Source of the DNA: Candidatus Caldarchaeum sp.
GTDB lineage: Archaea; Thermoproteota; Nitrososphaeria_A; Caldarchaeales; Caldarchaeaceae
Assembly (NCBI GenBank): GCA_038831915.1
Contig: JAWBKB010000006.1
Span: forward strand, 1-64,000
DNA length: 64,000 bases
Direction of reading: 5' to 3'
Below the pieces are notes generated by a model, which saw nothing but the letters and a program-made list of their open reading frames with translations, had not been told where the DNA came from and did not search any database. A program made the position numbers and the translations under genes. Below are positions 1 to 9,020 of this stretch, piece after piece (position 1 is the first letter of the stretch; each line of letters begins with the position of its first letter).

Positions 1-1023
1 GTTCCAGTAGCGGTCGTGTGTATCTGCTTTTTCCAAGGTCTGGAGGTCGTAGACGTGTTCGCGTCTGTCGCCCTTATGATCTTCTAGAGTTTGTTTTGCC
101 CATTCAGGTAAGCCGTCATACGTTCCATAAAGCGGGTTGTAGTACGCGGCGTTGCGGGCGAGCTCACGCCAAACGACGAGCTCGTTGACAAGGCTTGCGA
201 AGTTAACATCGTTGGAATCAACTGTTTCGAGAACAGCTTTGAGGACTTGTACAGGAGAAACCATACCATACCTCAAGTAAGGGCTGAGTTCTGAGGCAGC
301 TTCAACACCTGGGTCGGAGCGCCCCTCGGCGTATATCCGAATCTTCTGCTCTTTGAAAACGTTGAGCCGTTTCAAAGCTTCGTCCTCACCGCCGACAAAA
401 TAATCAATGCTTGACAAAGTTCTGTCAATTTCGAGTGAAGACAACAGATTGTCTGATTTGTTACCAAAGTCTAGCTCGAGAGATGAGATTCGCGGCGTTT
501 GAAGAGGAAGGTCCTCTAAGAAGCTGTTGAGATGTTTGAGGAGTTTAGGCCTGATGGTGCGTGCGTATGGTTCTGGTTTGTTCGACGCAACTTCAACGGG
601 CACAACAACATTTCCCTCAATTTCGACCACCGGACAATCACTCGATTGAACGATTTTATTACGGAAAGCACGTTGAAAGCCGAGGTACGCCATATCCAAA
701 ACCGTTAAACAAGACTCGGCAAGAAACCGTGTCAATTTTTCAGCCTGTTCAACAACGAGCTGAATCTTTCTCGTACTTAGAGATTGACGAAGCTTTTCGA
801 GCCCTTCAAACATGAATTTAAATCGACGGACGTTGGCATGCGGAACTTTCACATCGACAGGAGCAAAAACAACCACCGGTTTCAGAAGTTGATTGGCGTG
901 ATACACGGCAATTTCCAGAGCATAGTTGTGCATGCTTCGTTGACATGCATCCATAACGTAAATAAGATATTCGCCACGCACGTTGTCGCTTTTCTTCCGC
1001 ACATGAACACGCTCAGTTTTCAT
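1..1023 (-). CDS. phr: Class II CPD DNA photolyase, 3' end truncated by window edge
   Basis: Not in ORF track. Translated by hand from ATG at 1023 with no stop to base 1: MKTERVHVRK...YVMDACQRSMHNYALEIA...ANVRRFKFMFEGL...SELSPYLRYGMVSP...FVNELVVWRELARN...LPEWAKQTL...THDRYWN, matching class II photolyase motifs. Confidence 0.9.
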   Translation of the reverse strand, partial: MKTERVHVRKKSDNVRGEYLIYVMDACQRSMHNYALEIAVYHANQLLKPVVVFAPVDVKVPHANVRRFKFMFEGLEKLRQSLSTRKIQLVVEQAEKLTRFLAESCLTVLDMAYLGFQRAFRNKIVQSSDCPVVEIEGNVVVPVEVASNKPEPYARTIRPKLLKHLNSFLEDLPLQTPRISSLELDFGNKSDNLLSSLEIDRTLSSIDYFVGGEDEALKRLNVFKEQKIRIYAEGRSDPGVEAASELSPYLRYGMVSPVQVLKAVLETVDSNDVNFASLVNELVVWRELARNAAYYNPLYGTYDGLPEWAKQTLEDHKGDRREHVYDLQTLEKADTHDRYWN

Positions 1024-1071
1024 AAACGACGGGGTCGACATTTTGAAAACGTAAGGTGTTAGTCGAAATAT

Positions 1072-1149
<78 letters not shown>

Positions 1150-1175
1150 CATAAAAAAGTGATTTTATGAAGCTT

Positions 1176-1649
1176 TTAACCTTCGCGGGCGAAGGTGCTC
1201 ACGATGGCTCGGAATCCTAGCCGGGTGTAGAATTCTACGGCGATTTCGTTTAGAGCAGGGAATTCGGCCGTTATTATTTCGACTCTGTCTTTGAGTTGCT
1301 TGATCATGTAGTCAAGCATGGCGGCTCCGATTTTTTTCCTTCGATATTCAGGCAGTAGGTAGAATTCGACTATATTGCCTTCGACCCGCGGCTCGTAGAA
1401 AATTCTTTCTTTGATGTCGGCTTTGATGAAGCCTACAACTTTATTATTATTCTCCGCGACAATCACTAAGGAATTATTCGACTTGATTGCAGCTTCTAAG
1501 TACTCACGGGATTTCTCCGCGATGTCTTGCCTCATGCGGAAAAGGGGGTCGAATTCTTCGTTTAGGCGTTTTAGCCGGATGTTGAGCTCCACCAGCTTCG
1601 GTATATCTTTTTCCTCCGCTTTTCGAAATATCACTTCTCCCATGTTCAT
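1176..1649 (-). CDS. GNAT family N-acetyltransferase
   Basis: FYLLPEYRRKKIG acetyl-CoA motif and NEIAVEFYTRLGF C-terminal GNAT motif. Confidence 0.88.
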   Translation of the reverse strand: MNMGEVIFRKAEEKDIPKLVELNIRLKRLNEEFDPLFRMRQDIAEKSREYLEAAIKSNNSLVIVAENNNKVVGFIKADIKERIFYEPRVEGNIVEFYLLPEYRRKKIGAAMLDYMIKQLKDRVEIITAEFPALNEIAVEFYTRLGFRAIVSTFAREG

Positions 1650-2968
1650 TCAGTCCTCGGCAATGGTTTGATGAATCGTTGTTCCATTAGCGACATTAAT
1701 AGCTTTCGCGACCTTTGAATGATTTTCTTAGCCCTTACGAATTCCTCGTCATAATGGAGCGGCATGCGTGCTAGGTTTTCTACCCGCGCCTGCTCGGCCA
1801 CAGCGGCCGCGACGTGAACATACACCTCCCATTCATCCATGGTTGGAATTACGTGGTCAGGATGGAGCTTATCTTCGGTAACGTAGTTCGCGAGTGCTTC
1901 AGCGGCTTTGATGGCCATGGTATCGGTTATAGCTCGGGCCCGCACATCAAGTGCTCCTCTGAAAACTGATGGAAAGACGAGGCTGTTGTTGACCTGGTTT
2001 GGGAAATCGCTTCTGCCGGTCGCCACAATCGCTGCTCCAGCTTCTTTCGCCTCCCACGGCCACATCTCAGGAATCGGATTAGCCAACAAGAACGTTATCG
2101 GCTTGTCAGCCATCTTTGCAATCCATCCCTTCTTGATCTTATCCGGACCCGGCGACGAAGCTGCGATGAGAACGTCCGCGCCTTCGAGTGCCCTGTCAAG
2201 CTGTCCCGAAAGCTTCGCCTGGTTCGTCTTCAAAGCCAATTCATATTTCCATGGATTATTTAGCATAAGTTCGTCGATGTCGTCTCTTTCCGAATAGAGA
2301 ATGCCTTTCGTATCAATCAGTATCATTTTAGACATATCTGCTCCGGCTTTTTCCAAAAGTCTGGCAGTGGCAATGTTGGCGGCTCCCGCTCCGAAAAGAA
2401 CGATCGAAACTTCGTTCAGTTTTTTGTCGACGAGTTTCAATGAATTGTAGAGAGCTGCTAATGTAGCTGCGGCGGTTCCCAATTGGTCGTCATGCCACAC
2501 CGGGATGGAAAGCTCTTTTCTCAGTTTGTCGAGAATGTAGAAACATTCGGGTGAAGAGATGTCTTCAAGGTTGATTCCTCCTAAGCCTGGTTCGAGGATT
2601 TTAACCACTTCGACAAATTTTTCAGGGTCGGTTGTTCTCAAACAAAGGGGAAACGCGTCAACTCCTCCGAGAAACTTGAAAATAAGCGACTTGCCCTCCA
2701 TCACGGGCAGTGCCGCTTCGGGCCCGATTTTACCAAGCCCAAGCAATCTTGTGCCGTTGGTGACAACGGCGATTGTGTTCCATCTCCATGTATATTCAAA
2801 GCTGAGCTCAGGGTTGACACTAATCGCTTTTGATACAGCTGCCACACCGGGGGTGTACCATACGGCGAAATCTTCTAAAGACCGGACAGGAATTTTCGGA
2901 ACTATTTCAAGTTTCCCCCCGTAGTAAGGGGCTGATTTTACTGCAAGCGCGCTGTGTTTATCACTCAC
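1646..2968 (-). CDS. NAD(P)-dependent malic enzyme
   Basis: YTPGVA, VMEGK, INLEDI, HDDQLGT, GAGAAN, ATGRSDFPNQVNN motifs. Start set at GTG 2968; the ORF-track extension to 3181 overlaps the divergent gene. Confidence 0.92.
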   Translation of the reverse strand: MSDKHSALAVKSAPYYGGKLEIVPKIPVRSLEDFAVWYTPGVAAVSKAISVNPELSFEYTWRWNTIAVVTNGTRLLGLGKIGPEAALPVMEGKSLIFKFLGGVDAFPLCLRTTDPEKFVEVVKILEPGLGGINLEDISSPECFYILDKLRKELSIPVWHDDQLGTAAATLAALYNSLKLVDKKLNEVSIVLFGAGAANIATARLLEKAGADMSKMILIDTKGILYSERDDIDELMLNNPWKYELALKTNQAKLSGQLDRALEGADVLIAASSPGPDKIKKGWIAKMADKPITFLLANPIPEMWPWEAKEAGAAIVATGRSDFPNQVNNSLVFPSVFRGALDVRARAITDTMAIKAAEALANYVTEDKLHPDHVIPTMDEWEVYVHVAAAVAEQARVENLARMPLHYDEEFVRAKKIIQRSRKLLMSLMEQRFIKPLPRTE

Positions 2969-3048
2969 AATTTTTATGGGTTTTCCGAATTCATAAGTTT
3001 GTTCTGTATCTGGGGAGGTATAAAAACCAGAAACACTGACATAGTGTG

Positions 3049-5067
3049 ATGGAGCCGGTCCGGGAAACCTACGGCTTAATGCCCGAAGGCACGGATTTGC
3101 TGATGTATCTCGTTTTGCTGCCTTTTGCCTTATTGTTCGTCTATGGTGTGGTTTACCGATTGCGTAAACTCGGGGTGACAAGCTTCAGCCAGCTTGTTTA
3201 CGACGTTTGGAGTGGTGTTTCTCACATGGTTTGCTACGGTTTGTTTCAGCGGAAAGTAGTTGAAGAAAGACTCGCTGGAATAATGCATCTACTAACTTAC
3301 ACAGGTATCATTGCTCTGTTTATCGGAACTACGCTTGTTTTCATCGACCACGACATTCTCCGAGTCTTCCAAATTCGTATCTTAAGAGGCGATTTCTATC
3401 TCTTCTATGAATTTGTCCTTGACGTGATGGGTTTGGCTTTCATCGCTGGGCTTTCGCTGCTTTTCTATCGGCGATTTATCCGCCATGAGACAAGGCTTCG
3501 AAACAGGACGGAATATTCCATGGTGCTGGCCGGTCTTCTGTTTATCGGGTTGTCGGGATACGTGTTGGAAGGCATTAGGCTCACTTTGGCGCCGAGGCCA
3601 TGGGGAGACTGGAGCTTCGTCGGAAAATCTCTGTCCACCTATTTCTTCAACGCTTTCCAGCCCGAGCTACTTTCAACAGTGTATCAGGGAATGTGGTGGA
3701 GCCATGCCGTGGTGGCGTTCGCCATGGTAGCCTTGCTTCCATATTCTTCGCTTGGACACATGTTTTCCACCCTACTGAACATCGCGGTCAACTCGCCGCG
3801 TCAACCACCTCTGGGTAAGATGACGACACCGTTCCGACTTGACGAACTCGATCCATCCGCTGAGATTAAGCTCGGCTTCAGAACACTGGCTGAACTGAAT
3901 TGGATGCAGAAGCTCGGACTGGACGCCTGCACCGACTGTGGTAGATGCGAAGCCGCCTGCCCAGCACATGCCGCCGGCACTCCTCTTTCACCCCGCGACA
4001 TAGTGCAGAAGCTCAAACGAACCATGTGGGCTGAAAACGGAACAAGTGTTGACGTCTTTTCATCGGGCGTCATCGATGAGGAGGAAATATGGGCATGCAC
4101 AACTTGCTCTGCCTGCGTAGAAGCTTGTCCCGTGTTAATTAGGCCTATGGATTACATCCTCGAAATGAGAAGAGCTCTCACATTGGAGGGGCGGCTTGAT
4201 AAACGCAAGTCGGCGATGTTGACGAATTTAGCCAGGTACGGCAATCCATACGGGTTTGATGTCTCTGAGAAACAGAAGTTCTTCAGCGAACTCGCGGCGA
4301 TGGGTGTGAAAACTTTAGACGAGCAGCCTGAAAGCGAATACGTTTACTGGGTTGGATGCGGCTCAATCTACGACGCCAGAGGCAGAGAAATCGCGAAAAG
4401 CGTCGCAAAAATACTGTTGAAGGCAAATGTATCTTTCGCCGTGTTAGGCGAAACCGAAACATGCACTGGCGACCCGGCGAGGAGAATCGGCGAAGAAGGC
4501 CGCTACCAAGAGCTAGTGCTGACAAACATCGAAACATTCAGGTCAAAAGGCGTGAAAAAGATCATAGTGAACTGCCCACACTGTTATAACACTTTGAAAA
4601 AAGAATACAGAGATTTCGGCGTCGAGCTTGAAGTCTACCATCACAGCCAAATCATCGGAGAACTATTGAAAACGGGGCGAATAAATCCTGCAAAACGGTT
4701 GACGGAAAAAGTTACTCTTCATGATTCTTGTTATATCGGAAGAATTAACAACGAATTCGATTCGCCAAGGAATGTCATCAAATCCGCGGTAATGTCTGAG
4801 GGCTTCGTCGAAATGAAAAACATCCGTTACAAGAGTTTCTGCTGCGGAGCGGGTGGCTCAACCTACTGGTACGAGGTCAAAAGAAAGGACCGGGAAAGCG
4901 TCATCCGGCTTCGCGAAGCCCTAAACACCGGTGCAGACGTCTTAGCCGTCGAATGTCCTTTCTGTATGCAGATGTTCGCAGACGCAGCCAGAATAACAGG
5001 CGCTGAACAGAAAATCAAGCTTAAAGACATCGCGGAAATAGTCGCTGAATCGCTTGAGCCGAGTTAA
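3049..5067 (+). CDS. Membrane-bound Fe-S oxidoreductase, FadF/HdrD-like (probable Etf:quinone oxidoreductase)
   Basis: N-terminal TM helices with His ligands, two CxxCxxCxxxCP motifs, CCG-type domains (CTG, CPHC, HDSC, CCGAGG, CPFC); upstream of etfBA. Confidence 0.88.
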   Translation: MEPVRETYGLMPEGTDLLMYLVLLPFALLFVYGVVYRLRKLGVTSFSQLVYDVWSGVSHMVCYGLFQRKVVEERLAGIMHLLTYTGIIALFIGTTLVFIDHDILRVFQIRILRGDFYLFYEFVLDVMGLAFIAGLSLLFYRRFIRHETRLRNRTEYSMVLAGLLFIGLSGYVLEGIRLTLAPRPWGDWSFVGKSLSTYFFNAFQPELLSTVYQGMWWSHAVVAFAMVALLPYSSLGHMFSTLLNIAVNSPRQPPLGKMTTPFRLDELDPSAEIKLGFRTLAELNWMQKLGLDACTDCGRCEAACPAHAAGTPLSPRDIVQKLKRTMWAENGTSVDVFSSGVIDEEEIWACTTCSACVEACPVLIRPMDYILEMRRALTLEGRLDKRKSAMLTNLARYGNPYGFDVSEKQKFFSELAAMGVKTLDEQPESEYVYWVGCGSIYDARGREIAKSVAKILLKANVSFAVLGETETCTGDPARRIGEEGRYQELVLTNIETFRSKGVKKIIVNCPHCYNTLKKEYRDFGVELEVYHHSQIIGELLKTGRINPAKRLTEKVTLHDSCYIGRINNEFDSPRNVIKSAVMSEGFVEMKNIRYKSFCCGAGGSTYWYEVKRKDRESVIRLREALNTGADVLAVECPFCMQMFADAARITGAEQKIKLKDIAEIVAESLEPS

Positions 5068-5115
5068 GGACAGAGTTTTTTAAGGGCCACGCCGCCGTGA
5101 TGAAGTGAAGTCAAG

Positions 5116-5901
5116 ATGCCTGACATAGTTGTCTGCGTGAAACAGACGGTCGACGTTTACCAATTAAAGCCGCATCCAGAAACTTTGACCCCTCAAATTA
5201 GTCAAGCCCAGTGGAAGAACAGCGACTTCGACCTTAATGCTTTGGAGGAAGCCATCAGGATAAAAGAGAAGCATGGCGGCAAAGTCTACGTCATTTCGAC
5301 AGGTCCTGAAATTAAGCCTCTGCTAGTCAGAGAATGTCTCGCCATGGGGGCCGACGACGCATTTGTCTTATCTGACCCATTGCTCGCCAAAGCCGACGGA
5401 GCGGTGACAGCCAAAGTTCTCTCATCAATTATTAAAAGCAAAGTGCCCCGATGGGATTTGATTTTATGCGGAGAAGCGTCTCTTGACGAAAATTCCTACC
5501 AGACCGGGCCGCGGCTCGCCGAAATTTTCAATGTTCCGAGTATTTCTTACGTTAGTAAGCTCGAGGTCTCAGATGGAAGGATAAAGGCGTGGAGGGCTCT
5601 TGAAGATGGTGTTGAAGTTGTTTCATGCAGTTTTCCGGCAGTGGTGTCTGTTGGGCTGGAAATAAACACGCCGAGGCTGCCGAGTCTTTTGATGATAAGG
5701 GCTGCTCAGAAGAAGCCCTTAACGGAGTTAAAACTTGCAGACATCGGATTGACTCCAGCCGATGTTACACCAGCCGCTGAAACGGTTGAAGTGAAAGCAC
5801 TAAAGACCGAAAGACGCAAGCAAAAATTCGAAGGAAAGCCTGAGGAACTCGCTGAAAAGTTCGCAGAAGTCATCGTCTCATCTATGGGTGGAATTAAATG
5901 A
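5116..5901 (+). CDS. etfB: Electron transfer flavoprotein beta subunit
   Basis: IVVCVKQT, DLNALEEA, AMGAD, EINTPRLPS motifs. Confidence 0.93.
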   Translation: MPDIVVCVKQTVDVYQLKPHPETLTPQISQAQWKNSDFDLNALEEAIRIKEKHGGKVYVISTGPEIKPLLVRECLAMGADDAFVLSDPLLAKADGAVTAKVLSSIIKSKVPRWDLILCGEASLDENSYQTGPRLAEIFNVPSISYVSKLEVSDGRIKAWRALEDGVEVVSCSFPAVVSVGLEINTPRLPSLLMIRAAQKKPLTELKLADIGLTPADVTPAAETVEVKALKTERRKQKFEGKPEELAEKFAEVIVSSMGGIK

Positions 5902-6842
5902 AAGTCTTAGTTTTTAGTGAGAAACCAGACCAGATAATGTCACTCTCCAGCTTCGTAGCCAAATCGATTCAGCCTGAAAATATTTACGCCGTTTCATTCA
6001 AGCAGCTCTCATCTCAAGAGCTTGAACTTATCGGAGGCGCGGGCGTCAGAAAACTGTTTATTTTGCCTGAAAAGAACTGGACAAACGGAAGCGCAACCGC
6101 TTCATCCGTGTTGTCAGAGCTTGTGAAAAAAGTGGGCTTTGATTTGGTGGCTGTCTATGCTTCAAAGAAGGGGAATGAAGTGGCGGCTCGTGTTGCTCAA
6201 AGGCTTAACGCTCCATACGCAGCTGAAATTTTCTCGCTAGAGAAATCTGATGATACTATTGCTGCGAAACGTTTGGTGTTGGGCGGCGGATACTCGGCTT
6301 CTGTTCTATTCAGAGACAAGCCTGCAGTAGCTTCTGTGAAAGCGCCGGCAGAGCAGGTAACAGCTGGGCCCAAGCCAGAAGTTGAGCAATTTGATTTAAC
6401 CGCAGACGGGCCGATGGTCGAATTTCTCGAATCTGTTAAGCCTGAAAAATCACGCGTAGACCTCGAAAAGGCAAGCGTTGTCGTCGCGGTCGGCCGTGGC
6501 TTCAAAAAGAAAGAAGACCTCGCGTTAGCGGAAGAGCTAGCCAAGCTCATCGGCGCTGAGGTAGGATGCAGCCGGCCGATTTCAGGAGACCTAAAATGGC
6601 TTGAAGAGGAAAGACACATCGGGTTGTCGGGCAAACGTGTGAGACCCAATCTCTACATAGCTTTGGGCATTTCCGGACAGGTTCAGCACCTCGTCGGCAT
6701 GCGTGATTCAAAAACCGTAGTTGCCGTTAACACAGACCCGAACGCTCCCATGGCTTCGGAGTCAGACTACTACTTCGTCGCCGACCTCTACAAACTTCTT
6801 CCGCTATCCCTGGATTTTTTGAAAAAGAAACTGGGACGCTAA
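5898..6842 (+). CDS. etfA: Electron transfer flavoprotein alpha subunit
   Basis: VAVGRG, GCSRP, IGLSG, LYIALGISGQVQHLVGM, AVNTDPNAP FAD-binding motifs. Confidence 0.94.
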   Translation: MKVLVFSEKPDQIMSLSSFVAKSIQPENIYAVSFKQLSSQELELIGGAGVRKLFILPEKNWTNGSATASSVLSELVKKVGFDLVAVYASKKGNEVAARVAQRLNAPYAAEIFSLEKSDDTIAAKRLVLGGGYSASVLFRDKPAVASVKAPAEQVTAGPKPEVEQFDLTADGPMVEFLESVKPEKSRVDLEKASVVVAVGRGFKKKEDLALAEELAKLIGAEVGCSRPISGDLKWLEEERHIGLSGKRVRPNLYIALGISGQVQHLVGMRDSKTVVAVNTDPNAPMASESDYYFVADLYKLLPLSLDFLKKKLGR

Positions 6843-6845
6843 GAC

Positions 6846-7454
6846 ATGCAGTACGCGACCACAGTTTTTGCCAATTTGGGGCCCGGAGGGCGGCTGGGGC
6901 TACTGAAAATCAACAACAGACCCATGATAGAATATGTGCTTGAATCAGTGCCAGACGACAGCGAAGAAATAATCATTCTTTCTTCGCCAGAATCCATCGA
7001 GGACTACCGTGAAGTGGCCGAAAGATACGATGCCGGCGTCGACGAAGTGGTTTCAGGTACAATTGATGTGCGTTTTCAGCTTGAAAATTTTTTCCGGAGG
7101 ACGAGTCACGAAGCGGTTTTAGCCCTTCCCTGTGACACTCCTCTGATAAACCGTGAAGTCACACAATTTCTGAGAGACGTTGTTACGAGTTTTTCGGCTG
7201 GGATTCCAAGACCTTTTTTTGACAAGCCTGAATTTTTGCCAGCATCCTATCGTGTTGACCCTTTTCTCCAAGCCATGAATCGATACCCCGAAATGAAAAT
7301 GAACGAACTGGTGAAGCAAATTCACAATGTCCTCTATATATCGGGTCAGAGCTTCCGTGTCTTTGATGACAAACTCCGCTTCCTACTAAGAGTTCAGAAC
7401 CAAACAGACGTGAGGAAAGTTGCGAAAATCCTCCAATCAGCTCAAGAGATTTAA
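6846..7454 (+). CDS. MobA-like NTP transferase, degenerate N-terminus
   Basis: LLKINNRPMIEYV, ALPCDTPLI and PEFLPASY resemble MobA; the LAGG..SRMG motif is not intact. Confidence 0.6.
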   Translation: MQYATTVFANLGPGGRLGLLKINNRPMIEYVLESVPDDSEEIIILSSPESIEDYREVAERYDAGVDEVVSGTIDVRFQLENFFRRTSHEAVLALPCDTPLINREVTQFLRDVVTSFSAGIPRPFFDKPEFLPASYRVDPFLQAMNRYPEMKMNELVKQIHNVLYISGQSFRVFDDKLRFLLRVQNQTDVRKVAKILQSAQEI

Positions 7455-7456
7455 CC

Positions 7457-8440
7457 ATGCTTCCATTAGGTAAACTTCCCGAGAAAACACTAAAAACGAT
7501 AGTTTTAAAGAGAGTAGGTGCTCTACGACCTGACGTCGTTTTAGGGCCTGGGTTCGGCGAAGACGCCGGCGCGGTCAAAGCATCGAACAGCGTGTACGTT
7601 TGTTCGATGGACCCCATCACTGGTTCAAAGAATTTCGTAGGGTGGCTTGCGGTAAACGCTCCAGCCAACGATGTAGCCGTTTCAGGAGGCCGACCTCTAT
7701 GGTTCTCATCCACAATTCTACTTCCGAAAAACACAACACGTGAAGATTTGAAAAAAATCGTTACTCAGATTCATCAGGCGTGCAGGAAAATGAATGTCGC
7801 GGTTGTCACGGGCCATTCGGAGGTTGCCGCATCAGTCTCCTCTCCGATTGTTGTCGGACACATGGTCGGAAAACTTGTTGTTCAAAAACCTATCGAAAGC
7901 AGAGGTGCGAAACCCGGCGACCTCATACTCATGGCTCGGTCAGTGGCGCTCGAAGGCACGGCGATTATCGCAACCGATTTTAGTGAACAGCTGAAACGGA
8001 AAGGTTTTTCCAACAGAGAACTGTTAAGGGCTGCATCGTTCATTAAGAAAACAAGCATAGTTGAACCCGCGTTGGCTTTGGCGAAAGCCGAGGTGAATTC
8101 CATGCATGACCCAACCGAAGGTGGGTTGATAGGAGGTTTGTATGAAGTCGCACAGGCTGCTGGTGTAGGCTTTGAAATCGACAGAAGAAAAGTTTTGATC
8201 GACCCGCTTGTGAGCCGAATATGTCAAGCGATGGAACTTGACCCACTCCGGCTTATCAGCTCCGGCACGTTATTGGCAACGGCTCCAAAATTCAGCGACA
8301 CATTAGTGAAAAAAGTCAATGGTAGGATAATCGGAAGAATCGTTTCTTCAAAACAAGGCATGCGAGTGGTAGGAGACGGAGAAGAAAGAATCAGGGGAAG
8401 TGTTCAGGACGAATTGTGGCGATTGTTTTCGTCCAGCTAA
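7457..8440 (+). CDS. AIR synthase/PurM-family protein (HypE-like)
   Basis: GEDAG, SMDPITG, NDVAVSG, GHSEV, SMHDPTEGG, LISSGTLL motifs. Confidence 0.85.
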   Translation: MLPLGKLPEKTLKTIVLKRVGALRPDVVLGPGFGEDAGAVKASNSVYVCSMDPITGSKNFVGWLAVNAPANDVAVSGGRPLWFSSTILLPKNTTREDLKKIVTQIHQACRKMNVAVVTGHSEVAASVSSPIVVGHMVGKLVVQKPIESRGAKPGDLILMARSVALEGTAIIATDFSEQLKRKGFSNRELLRAASFIKKTSIVEPALALAKAEVNSMHDPTEGGLIGGLYEVAQAAGVGFEIDRRKVLIDPLVSRICQAMELDPLRLISSGTLLATAPKFSDTLVKKVNGRIIGRIVSSKQGMRVVGDGEERIRGSVQDELWRLFSSS

Positions 8441-8471
8441 CTATAAATACGTTAGACGAGATGCTTAATTC

Positions 8472-8981
8472 ATGGATGTTTTCGAAGCAATAAGAACAAG
8501 GCTGGAAATACGTAATTATGTTCCTGCACCCGTTCCGCGTGAAACAATCCTGGAAATTCTAGAAGCAGCACGGCTATCCCCAACAGGCATGAACACTCAG
8601 CACTGGCGATTCATCGTCGTCGATAATCCGGATGAATTGAAAGAACTCGCCGACATGAGTACTTCGGGAAAATGGGTTGCCGAGGCTGCTTTCGCCGTCA
8701 TCGTTCTTACATCGCCGAAGTATCCATGGCATCAGCTTGACGCGGGCCGAGCAATCACCCACATGCAGCTCGCTGCGTGGAACCGTGGCGTAGGTTCATG
8801 CATTTACACAGGTTTTGACGAAAAAGCTATGCGGCGGAAATTCAACATCCCCGAAAACTATGCGATATCGTGCGTAGTCGGGTTCGGATATCCGCAGAAA
8901 CAGATTAAGGGGAAAAAGCGAAGAATCCCCTTAGAAGCTACAGTATATCATGGAAAAGTCTCCCAGCCATTCAAACTATAA
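8472..8981 (+). CDS. Nitroreductase family protein
   Basis: DVFEAIRTR..IR, EAARLSPTGMNTQHWRF, LAAWNRGVGSC motifs. Confidence 0.9.
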   Translation: MDVFEAIRTRLEIRNYVPAPVPRETILEILEAARLSPTGMNTQHWRFIVVDNPDELKELADMSTSGKWVAEAAFAVIVLTSPKYPWHQLDAGRAITHMQLAAWNRGVGSCIYTGFDEKAMRRKFNIPENYAISCVVGFGYPQKQIKGKKRRIPLEATVYHGKVSQPFKL

Positions 8982-9020
8982 CTCAATATCTATAAAGACG
9001 GCATAAACGTTTTTGAACGA

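Noticed and set aside
84-1062. Short ORFs 84-269, 561-815 and 784-1062
   Set aside because: Shadows of the minus-strand photolyase frame.
2969-3181. N-terminal extension of malic enzyme in the ORF track
   Set aside because: Overlaps the divergent Fe-S gene and its promoter; family similarity begins near 2968.
5097-5123. GTGATGA...CTGA at the etfB start as a C/D sRNA
   Set aside because: No second C'/D pair and it overlaps the start codon; at most a k-loop.
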